Positions 15,292-22,794 of a DNA stretch of 32,020 nt are shown here, piece after piece. Source of the stretch: Patescibacteria group bacterium. GTDB taxonomy: Bacteria; Patescibacteriota; Minisyncoccia; Phycocordibacterales; VMEP01. The notes below the pieces were generated by a model. The model made no database searches. It saw only the letters and a program-made list of their open reading frames with translations, and had not been told where the DNA came from. Where the stretch lies: NCBI GenBank assembly GCA_038064275.1, contig JBBTTL010000005.1:1-32020 (forward strand), read 5' to 3'. Made by a program: the position numbers and the translations under genes. Every line of letters starts with the position of its first letter. Positions within the stretch are counted from its first letter, which is position 1.

Positions 15292-15431
15292 CAATAAAGG
15301 TTCCTCGGGGCGGGGCCTGTAAAGAAGGGGGCCGGGTAGTTGCGGTTTTGGGGCGAGATTGATAGCCTTACCTAAGATAATGTTCAGACGGAAGGTGTTT
15401 ATGACTACTGTTACAAATATTAATTACAAAT

Positions 15432-15638
15432 ATGCGCTTTGTGGCGAGAAGTTTGGAAGATGCCTACGGGGTATTATTCAGAATAAAATTCCCGATTCTT
15501 ATCTATCCATACCACTCCCTTAATCTAAATTACCACGGTGTTGTGGTCGAAAATGTCAGCGAACTTAAAAAGCATTTTGCCGGTGTTCAGAAGAAGAGTG
15601 CAGTAAATGCCGTGGTCATAGATAAAATCAAAGAATGA
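15432..15638 (+). CDS. hypothetical small protein (68 aa)
   Basis: ORF ends 3 nt before an intrinsic terminator (15642-15680). No motif recognised. It could instead be part of an ileS leader. Confidence 0.3.
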   Translation: MRFVARSLEDAYGVLFRIKFPILIYPYHSLNLNYHGVVVENVSELKKHFAGVQKKSAVNAVVIDKIKE

Positions 15639-15641
15639 TTG

Positions 15642-15680
15642 ATCCGCTGGGCAATTGTTTGTCAGCGGATTTTCTTTTTT
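15642..15680 (+). terminator. intrinsic terminator 45 nt upstream of the ileS ATG
   Basis: atccgctg-(13 nt)-cagcggat followed by tttctttttt. Confidence 0.7.
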
Positions 15681-15724
15681 GCTTGAACGACAAAAAACGG
15701 ATAAGATAAGGGCACTATCCATAT

Positions 15725-18700
15725 ATGAATAATCCTCTAGATAACAAAAAGTCTAAAGTGACGGAGAGAGAAGAAGAGGTTCTCAAATATTGGCGGGACA
15801 GGAAAATTTTTGAAAAAACTCTCAACCAAACAAAAAAGGGCAAGCCTTTCGTATTTTACGACGGGCCGCCTTTCGCCACCGGTCTGCCGCATTATGGTCA
15901 CATTCTTACAGGCACCATCAAAGACGTTATTCCGCGATACCAAACGATGCGCGGGCGGTATGTCAGGCGCGAGTGGGGCTGGGACTGTCACGGATTACCG
16001 CTTGAAAATATTATTGAGCAAGAACTTGACCTCAAGCACAAAAAAGACATTGAAGAGTTCGGCGTTGGAAAATTTAATTCTGCCGCGGCAAAAGCAGTTC
16101 TGCGCTACGAAGCCGACTGGAAAGAAACAATTCCCAAAACTGGGCGTTTTGTGGATATGGACAATCCTTACAAGACTATGGATTCCAAATATACCGAATC
16201 GGTCTGGTGGTCTTTCAAAACACTCTACGACAAAAAACTTATTTACGAGGGCTACAAGATAATGTTGATTTGCCCGCGCTGTGAGACATCGCTTGCCCAG
16301 AGCGAGGTTGCGGGAAGCTATCAAGATGTCACGGATATTTCGGTTACCGTGAAATTTGAACTCACTAGTTCGCTCGATACCGATATACCCGCCCGACTTC
16401 GCTTGGACGAAGTCCAGGCGGACGGGCGAATGAACGCGAACGATACGAATAGTACGAATGGAGAAAAAATATTTTTATTGGCATGGACCACGACACCGTG
16501 GACCTTGCCCGGCAACACTGCGATTGCGGTGAATCCTAATATTGAATACGCGCTCATTGAAAGCAAAGAAAACGATGAATCTAAAAATGGCAAATTTATT
16601 GTTGCCAAAGAAAGAATTGAATTTTTGAAGATAAAACACTCCCTAATTAAAACAATAAAAGGGAAAGAATTAGTCGGCAAGACGTATAAACCGCTTTTTG
16701 ATTACTACGCCAAGACCGATATAAAAAATAAAGAGAACGCTCGCCCGACCCGTCCGAACGGATCATCCGGGCGGACTGAACACGACGAGTCGTTCGGGCG
16801 GGGATGGAAGATATACGCCGGAGATTTCGTTACCACCGAGACCGGTACGGGTATTGTGCATATCGCCCCGGCGTTCGGCGAAGACGATATGAATTTGCGC
16901 AACCAGTTCAATCTGCCGTTTATCCAACATGTCGGAATGGACGGCAGAATGAAAGATGAGATGTCCCATTTCCGCGGGCTTTACGTAAAACAAAAAGGCG
17001 ATACCCAATCCACCGACATTGAAATAATAAAACACTTGGCGCGCGAGGGACTGTTGTTCGCCAAAGAAAAAATCGTCCACCCCTATCCGCTCTGCTGGCG
17101 TTGCGACACACCCCTTTTAAATTACGCCACCTCGTCGTGGTTCGTCAAAGTTACGGCCATCAAAAAAAAGCTAATCAAAGAAAATAAAAAAATCACCTGG
17201 GTTCCTTCGCACATAAAAGAAGGGCGTTTCGGCAAGTGGCTCGAAGGTGCCAAAGACTGGGCCATATCGCGAACGCGCTTCTGGGGCGCGCCACTTCCGG
17301 TCTGGCGCTGTGATTCTTGTAAAAAAATAAAAGTAATAGGCGGGCTTAAAGAGCTCAAAGAGGGCAGGTCCGCTAATAATTCTTATATAGCAATGCGCCA
17401 CGGGCAGTCGAAGAGCAATGTCTACGGCGTTAACGATTCTTTCGGAGACCCTGAAAATCATTTGACCGAAAAAGGAAGGGAAGAAGTCGCCTATTCTCTA
17501 AAAGCGCTTTCTAAAAAAGGGATTACGCGCATTGTCTCTTCCCCCCTTATTCGGGCCAAAGAAAGCGCGGAAATTGTGGCGGAAAAATTGGGAATCCCCA
17601 TTGAAAAAATAGAAGTGGATAAAAGATTCATTGAATTTAATCACAGTACCGAATGTCAAGGCAAAAAAGCGGGGTTTCCTGAAACCGACCCGTCGGAAAG
17701 AGAGGATTTTTATCTGCGCCACAAAGACGGAGAGAATCATGACGATGTGCGCGCCCGGGTGATGGAAGGACTATTTGATCTTGAGAAAAAATATAAAGGC
17801 GAAACCATATTGATTGTTACACACGGCTCTCCGATGTGGATGCTTATTTCAGGCGCGGTACACTTAAGCGACAAAGAAACCCTTAAATATCGCGAGGATA
17901 GAAAAAAAGACAAAGGCCCCTATTTCATTTCAAACGCCGAGGTAAAGCCGCTTAACTTTACCTTCTTTCCGCACAACAGTCGCTTCACACTTGATTTTCA
18001 TCGCCCATATATAGACGAAGTTGAGTTTCCTTGTTCTTGTGGCGGCGCCATGGAGCGTATAAAAGACGTGTTTGATTGCTGGTTTGAGTCCGGCTCAATG
18101 CCCTACGGGCAACTTCACTATCCTTTTGAAAATAAGAAATTGTTTAAGGAAAATTTCCCGGCTGATTTTATCGCCGAAGGACTGGACCAGACGCGGGGAT
18201 GGTTTTATAGCATGCTGGTATTAAGCGTGGCACTTTTCGGAAAAACACCTTACCGACGGGTGATTGTGAACGGGCTTATCCTAGCAGAAGACGGCCAGAA
18301 AATATCCAAGCGTCTCAAGAATTATTCGGATGTGGCGGAGGTGATTGAAAAATACGGCGCTGATTCTCTTCGCTATTATCTTTTGTCATCGCCGGTAGTG
18401 CGCGGCGAGGATGTCGCTTTTTCCGAAAAGGGGGTGGCGGAAATCGGGAGAAAAATAATTTCACGGCTGGATAATGTTTATGTTTTTTACGAAACCTACG
18501 CCCATGAATTGAAAAGCGAGAAAAGCGTTGCTAAAACTAAAAATATTTTAGACCAATGGATACTGGCGCGTTTGGGCGAACTTCGTCAGGATATTACTTC
18601 CGGCATGGATAAATATGAACTTGATACAGCCACCCGGGGCATTGATAAGTTTATTGACGATTTATCTACATGGTATTTGCGCCGCTCCCGCGAGCGTTTC

Positions 18701-19369
18701 AAGGGTGACAACAAAGAAGACAAAGAATACGCCCTTTCCACCACCCGCTGTGTTCTTTTTGAATTATCAAAATTGATTGCCCCATTTATGCCATTTATGG
18801 CCGAAGATATTTATCAGAAAGTAAAAGGAGAAAAAAACAAAGAAAGCGTGCACCTTGAGTTGTGGCCGGAAGCGCGGAAGGTTGATAAAAAACTTATAGA
18901 GAAAATGGAAAATACTCGGCATTTAGTTGAACTGGCTCTTGCCGCGCGGGCGGAGAATGGAATCAGGGTTCGTCAACCACTAAGAAGCTTAAAAGTGAAA
19001 AGTGAAAAGTTAAAGGAAGTTTATTCAGAACTCATAAAAGACGAAGTGAATGTTAAAGAGATTATTGGTGGTGTAAATTTAGAAACGGAAGTAGAGTTCG
19101 ATATAACAATTACTCCGGAGCTGAAAAAAGAAGGACAATTGCGCGAACTTATCCGCAATATCCAGGATTTGCGCAAGAAAGAAAAACTGACCCCGCACGA
19201 CATTGCGGTACTTCTTGTCCAAACAAGCGCACACGGAAGAGAATTTATTGGTGAATTTGAGTCGCAATTGAAAAAAGCGACACTCTTGAAGGAAATCAGT
19301 TTTGGGGAAACAGATGGGGGTCCGATTAACATAGACGAATTTTCATTTATACTTAAGCTCGAAAAATAA
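15725..19369 (+). CDS. ileS: isoleucine--tRNA ligase, type 2, with embedded histidine-phosphatase domain and two short inserts
   Basis: 1214 aa. GLPHYGHIL (HIGH), LLAWTTTPWTLPGN and GTGIVHIAPAFGEDD (CP1 editing), DQTRGWFY, GQKISKRLKN (KMSKS). Confidence 0.95.
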   Translation: MNNPLDNKKSKVTEREEEVLKYWRDRKIFEKTLNQTKKGKPFVFYDGPPFATGLPHYGHILTGTIKDVIPRYQTMRGRYVRREWGWDCHGLPLENIIEQELDLKHKKDIEEFGVGKFNSAAAKAVLRYEADWKETIPKTGRFVDMDNPYKTMDSKYTESVWWSFKTLYDKKLIYEGYKIMLICPRCETSLAQSEVAGSYQDVTDISVTVKFELTSSLDTDIPARLRLDEVQADGRMNANDTNSTNGEKIFLLAWTTTPWTLPGNTAIAVNPNIEYALIESKENDESKNGKFIVAKERIEFLKIKHSLIKTIKGKELVGKTYKPLFDYYAKTDIKNKENARPTRPNGSSGRTEHDESFGRGWKIYAGDFVTTETGTGIVHIAPAFGEDDMNLRNQFNLPFIQHVGMDGRMKDEMSHFRGLYVKQKGDTQSTDIEIIKHLAREGLLFAKEKIVHPYPLCWRCDTPLLNYATSSWFVKVTAIKKKLIKENKKITWVPSHIKEGRFGKWLEGAKDWAISRTRFWGAPLPVWRCDSCKKIKVIGGLKELKEGRSANNSYIAMRHGQSKSNVYGVNDSFGDPENHLTEKGREEVAYSLKALSKKGITRIVSSPLIRAKESAEIVAEKLGIPIEKIEVDKRFIEFNHSTECQGKKAGFPETDPSEREDFYLRHKDGENHDDVRARVMEGLFDLEKKYKGETILIVTHGSPMWMLISGAVHLSDKETLKYREDRKKDKGPYFISNAEVKPLNFTFFPHNSRFTLDFHRPYIDEVEFPCSCGGAMERIKDVFDCWFESGSMPYGQLHYPFENKKLFKENFPADFIAEGLDQTRGWFYSMLVLSVALFGKTPYRRVIVNGLILAEDGQKISKRLKNYSDVAEVIEKYGADSLRYYLLSSPVVRGEDVAFSEKGVAEIGRKIISRLDNVYVFYETYAHELKSEKSVAKTKNILDQWILARLGELRQDITSGMDKYELDTATRGIDKFIDDLSTWYLRRSRERFKGDNKEDKEYALSTTRCVLFELSKLIAPFMPFMAEDIYQKVKGEKNKESVHLELWPEARKVDKKLIEKMENTRHLVELALAARAENGIRVRQPLRSLKVKSEKLKEVYSELIKDEVNVKEIIGGVNLETEVEFDITITPELKKEGQLRELIRNIQDLRKKEKLTPHDIAVLLVQTSAHGREFIGEFESQLKKATLLKEISFGETDGGPINIDEFSFILKLEK
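16426..16461 (+). repeat. four in-frame 9-nt ACGAAT-type units inside ileS
   Basis: gcgaatgaa cgcgaacga tacgaatag tacgaatgg, encoding RMN AND TNS TNG. Confidence 0.6.
17372..17989 (+). other. histidine phosphatase superfamily (PGAM-like) domain inserted within ileS
   Basis: YIAMRHGQSKSN, TEKGREEV, IVSSPLIRAKESAEIV, DGENHDDVRARV and ILIVTHGSPM give the R-H-R-E-H catalytic pattern of branch-1 histidine phosphatases. In frame on both sides with IleRS sequence. Confidence 0.8.
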
Positions 19370-19378
19370 CATCAAAAT

Positions 19379-19978
19379 ATGAATATTTGTATATTCGGCG
19401 ATAGCATAACATGGGGAGCGGTTGACCACGATAAGGGAGGATGGGCTGAAAGATTGAAAACTTATTTTATGGAGCACCAAGAAGGCGTAAATTTATACAA
19501 TCTCGGCGTAGATGATAACACATCCGACGACCTGTTGAAACGGTTTGATGTAGAAGCGAGCGCGCGGGAAGCCGCCCTTATAGTTTTTGCAATCGGGACA
19601 AACGATTCGCAATATATAAAAACCACAGACAACCCCAGAGTAAGTCTGGAAAAATTTGAAAATAATATTTTTGAATTGGTAAAACAAGCGAAAAAGTTTA
19701 CGAATAAGATATTGTTTGTTTCTCCAACAAGAGTAGACGAATCAAAAACAATGCCAATACCATGGGATACAGTAAGGTATTATGACAATGAAAATATTAA
19801 AAAGTATAGTGATTTACTAAAAAAGTTTTGTAATGAAGAAAGATTAACTTATGTAGATATTCAAAATTTATTGGATACTGAAGATTTATACGATGGTTTG
19901 CATCCTTTCCCTCAAGGTCATCAGAAAATTTTTGAGATAATGAAAGAAGCCGTTAAAAAACTTCAAACTAATTCCTAA
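19379..19978 (+). CDS. SGNH/GDSL family hydrolase
   Basis: 199 aa. ICIFGDSITWG (block I Ser), GTNDS (block III), DGLHP (block V Asp/His). Confidence 0.85.
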   Translation: MNICIFGDSITWGAVDHDKGGWAERLKTYFMEHQEGVNLYNLGVDDNTSDDLLKRFDVEASAREAALIVFAIGTNDSQYIKTTDNPRVSLEKFENNIFELVKQAKKFTNKILFVSPTRVDESKTMPIPWDTVRYYDNENIKKYSDLLKKFCNEERLTYVDIQNLLDTEDLYDGLHPFPQGHQKIFEIMKEAVKKLQTNS

Positions 19979-19994
19979 CACCTAACGCCTATCA
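19974..19994 (+). repeat. heptamer array overlapping the SGNH-gene stop
   Basis: cctaaca cctaacg cctatca. Confidence 0.5.
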
Positions 19995-20003
19995 ACTGTT
20001 CCC

Positions 20004-20591
20004 ATGTCCCACCATCTCTATCAAACCGAAGGAATAGTGCTCGGAAGCGCCAATATCGGCGAGTCAAATCGTTATTACCATATTTTCACCAAAGACCTGG
20101 GGCTGGTAATGGCCTTTGCCCAGGGAGTGCGCGAACTTAAATCAAAACTGCGCTACCACCTTCAAGATTTTTCGTATCTTTCGCTTGACCTCATTCGCGG
20201 GAAAGATACCTGGCGGGTGACTAGCGCCGACACTGGCGCTAGTTTTGAAAATATTTTTCGTGATAAAGAAAAACTGGCCCTTTTTGCCGCCGTGGCCCAA
20301 TTTCTGAAACGACTCCTTCATGGGGAGGAAAGAAATGAGCCATTGTTTGACGCTCTCACTTTGGGACTTCATTTTTTAGAGAAGGAGACGTTTTCCAAAG
20401 ACGAGCTTAAAAACTTTGAACTTTTAATAGTGGCGAAAATTCTACACATTCTCGGCTATTGGGGCGGCAATGGAGAAACTAAAGCGCTTCTAGAATCAAA
20501 ACTTGATAAGGATGTGCTGGAAAAAGTAACGGCTCTCCGCCCAACAATTCTTGGCGAGGTAAACCGCGCCTTGACCGAGAGCCAACTTTGA
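20004..20591 (+). CDS. recO: DNA repair protein RecO
   Basis: 195 aa. N-terminal OB-fold pattern YQTEGIVLGSANIGESNRYYHIFTKDLGLV typical of compact RecO. Confidence 0.78.
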   Translation: MSHHLYQTEGIVLGSANIGESNRYYHIFTKDLGLVMAFAQGVRELKSKLRYHLQDFSYLSLDLIRGKDTWRVTSADTGASFENIFRDKEKLALFAAVAQFLKRLLHGEERNEPLFDALTLGLHFLEKETFSKDELKNFELLIVAKILHILGYWGGNGETKALLESKLDKDVLEKVTALRPTILGEVNRALTESQL

Positions 20592-20625
20592 AAACCAACA
20601 ACAAACAATCTACAACCTACCAACC
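20591..20625 (+). repeat. G-free heptamer array after the recO stop
   Basis: aaaacca acaacaa acaatct acaacct accaacc. Confidence 0.5.
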
Positions 20626-20633
20626 ATAGTCTC

Positions 20634-20642
20634 TGTTATAAT
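20634..20642 (+). promoter_or_regulatory. consensus extended -10 TGtTATAAT 7 nt before the ATG at 20650; no SD
   Basis: tgttataat-aaaccct-ATG. Confidence 0.5.
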
Positions 20643-20649
20643 AAACCCT

Positions 20650-22566
20650 ATGGATACGACCCCAGACGAAAAAGACCCAATAGATAAGTTATCCGAACGC
20701 CTGTATCGCAATGACGGCATGAAGACCCGGCATCGGACGGGAATGCTTCACCGCGCTTCATATGATGCGAATAAAGGGTGGGCCAATGAATATGTTGAGA
20801 AGGAAAGCAAGGTAGCGAGGCCCACTTCATCGTTATTTAAAAAAATCTTTATCGGTTCGGTTCTGTTCTTTGTCGTTTCGTTTGGTTTTGCTTTCTATAT
20901 GTTTTATGGAGGGGGAAATGTCGTTTCAAACGAGAAAATTGACCTTTCCATTTTTGGTCCGGCCTTTACCGAAGGGGGCAATGAGTTTGAGCTTGAGTTT
21001 GATGTTAAAAATGGCAATAGCCAGGCCCTTCAATATGCCGATTTGGTTATTGAGTATCCAAAAGGGGCCACATTAGAGGGAGATAAGAACACCGTGCGCG
21101 TTAGAAAATTTTTAGGGGAACTCCCGGCCGGCGAGTCTAGAGCCGAGCGCGCCAAAATCGTGCTTTTTGGCGAGGAAGGAAGCGAACGTACCGTGAAAGC
21201 AATTCTTGAGTATAGAGTCTCCGGATCAAACGCCATATTCGTCAAAGAAGCCGGTTATCTTGTCCACATTAAATCAAGCCCGCTTTCTCTCTCGGTTAAT
21301 TCTCTGAAAGAGACAAATTCAAATCAGGATTTTGTTCTTAATATAGAAACGCTGGCCAACGCCGACAAGATAATACGGAATATTTTGCTCAAAGTTGAAT
21401 ATCCGGCGGGGTTTGTATTTAGAAATGCGAGCATCCCTTCTTCGTATGGTAACAATACTTGGCGTTTGGGCGCCCTTGATAAGGGAAAAAATAAAACCAT
21501 CGCTATTCATGGCATTATGCAGGGGGAAGACGGGGAAGAACGTTCGTTTAGAATTTATGTCGGGACAGAAAATGAAAAAGACACGGGAGAGATTGGTGTA
21601 ATTTATAGCTCATTTCTCCAAACAATCGCCATCAAGCGGCCCTTTCTTGAGACGAAGCTTTTGGTTGACGGTGTTTTAGGAACTGAATATGTCGTTGGGT
21701 CAACAGCGCCAATAGCCGGCGAAGTGAATTGGATTAACAATTTGCCAAACAGGGTGCTTGACGCGGAAATTTACGTTCGGATTATAGGAGACATATTGGA
21801 TAAATCGTCTGTGGTGGCACCCGCAGGGTTTTTCAGTTCAAGCGACAACACCATAACATGGAACAAAGACACAAGTTCGGAGCTTGCCCAGCTTGAGGGC
21901 GGCGACAGCGGCAAATTTCCTTTCACTTTCAAAGTCTTGCCCCTTTTCTCCGGAAACAGGACCCTCTTTAGAAATCCGATGATTACCATTGAAGTGGGGG
22001 TACGAGGCAGGCGACTTCTTGAAACGAACGTTCCGGAGCAGATTTCCGCGTCGGAGAAAAAAATCATTAAAATAAGCTCAAACGCGCAGCTTAGTGTCCG
22101 AGCGTTTTATTACAGCGGCCCATTCAAGAATACCGGCGGTATTCCTCCGCGGGCCGATCGCGAGACCTCATATGCTATCGTTTGGACGGTCCTAAATTCT
22201 TCCAACGATTTATCAAAAGCGCAAGTTAAAACAAAATTGCCGACTTACGCGCGCTGGCTAGACTCTGTCAGTCCCCAAGGAGAAGACGTTACTTTTAACC
22301 CGGAGACAAGAGAAGTGACTTGGGACTTGAGGCGCGTTGACGCGGGGGTGGGGATAGAAACCGCTCTACGCCAGGCGGCCTTTCAAGTCGGATTTACTCC
22401 ATCAATAAGCCAAGTGGGAAAACAGGCGGAACTAACGGGGGAAGCCTTGTTTAGCGGCGTTGATTCATTTACTAACGCCGAAATCAATTTCACAAGAAGC
22501 GCCCCAACGACCAATCTAATCAATGAGACCAACATCAAGATAGGAGATGATATTATAGTTAAGTAG
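20650..22566 (+). CDS. hypothetical membrane-anchored protein with a large beta-rich extracytoplasmic region
   Basis: 638 aa. One N-terminal TM (IFIGSVLFFVVSFGFAFYMFYGG), then repeated beta-sandwich-like segments (..LEFDVKNGNSQALQYADLVIEYPKGA.., ..FVLNIETLANADKIIRNILLKVEYPAGF..). Confidence 0.7.
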   Translation: MDTTPDEKDPIDKLSERLYRNDGMKTRHRTGMLHRASYDANKGWANEYVEKESKVARPTSSLFKKIFIGSVLFFVVSFGFAFYMFYGGGNVVSNEKIDLSIFGPAFTEGGNEFELEFDVKNGNSQALQYADLVIEYPKGATLEGDKNTVRVRKFLGELPAGESRAERAKIVLFGEEGSERTVKAILEYRVSGSNAIFVKEAGYLVHIKSSPLSLSVNSLKETNSNQDFVLNIETLANADKIIRNILLKVEYPAGFVFRNASIPSSYGNNTWRLGALDKGKNKTIAIHGIMQGEDGEERSFRIYVGTENEKDTGEIGVIYSSFLQTIAIKRPFLETKLLVDGVLGTEYVVGSTAPIAGEVNWINNLPNRVLDAEIYVRIIGDILDKSSVVAPAGFFSSSDNTITWNKDTSSELAQLEGGDSGKFPFTFKVLPLFSGNRTLFRNPMITIEVGVRGRRLLETNVPEQISASEKKIIKISSNAQLSVRAFYYSGPFKNTGGIPPRADRETSYAIVWTVLNSSNDLSKAQVKTKLPTYARWLDSVSPQGEDVTFNPETREVTWDLRRVDAGVGIETALRQAAFQVGFTPSISQVGKQAELTGEALFSGVDSFTNAEINFTRSAPTTNLINETNIKIGDDIIVK

Positions 22567-22583
22567 TGGGTAGTTTGTAGTAA
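22563..22583 (+). repeat. heptamer array overlapping the stop of the 638-aa ORF
   Basis: gtagtgg gtagttt gtagtaa. Confidence 0.5.
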
Positions 22584-22606
22584 TATATAAAAATTCAATT
22601 CAAAAA

Positions 22607-22784
22607 ATATAACGGGTACAATATTAGCTCCTCGGCTCGGACATGTAAGGGTACTTCACTCTCGCTTCGTCCTCTTACACATCGCTCGCTCTACGTCGCT
22701 AATATAACGGGTACAATCTTGACTCCTCGGTTCGGAAATATGAAAGACTACTTTCATATTTCTCTCGCTCTACGTCGCTAATAA
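22607..22784 (+). repeat. two tandem copies (about 98 and 83 nt) of the hairpin-bearing element, ending 10 nt before the glyQS ATG
   Basis: Each unit reads atataacgggtacaat-yttrrctcctcggytcgga-[hairpin]-ctcgctctacgtcgctaata. Unit 2 has a perfect 12-bp stem (gaaatatgaaag/ctttcatatttc). Unit 1 has a different but still self-complementary stem. Confidence 0.75.
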
Positions 22785-22794
22785 AAAAAATACA

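Noticed and set aside
18985-19012. Heptamer repeat aaagtga aaagtga aaagtta inside ileS
   Set aside because: It encodes a normal-length K/E-rich stretch (LKVKSEKLKE) of the IleRS C-terminal region. It is most simply explained by Lys/Glu codon bias rather than a repeat element.
22607-22784. CRISPR array, T-box leader or tandem glycine riboswitch upstream of glyQS
   Set aside because: There are only two long units with no unique spacers, so it is not CRISPR. No T-box consensus (GGGTGGTACCGCG-like), specifier-loop architecture or terminator U-tract is present. No glycine-riboswitch core (GGAGAG...CACCG...) could be found.
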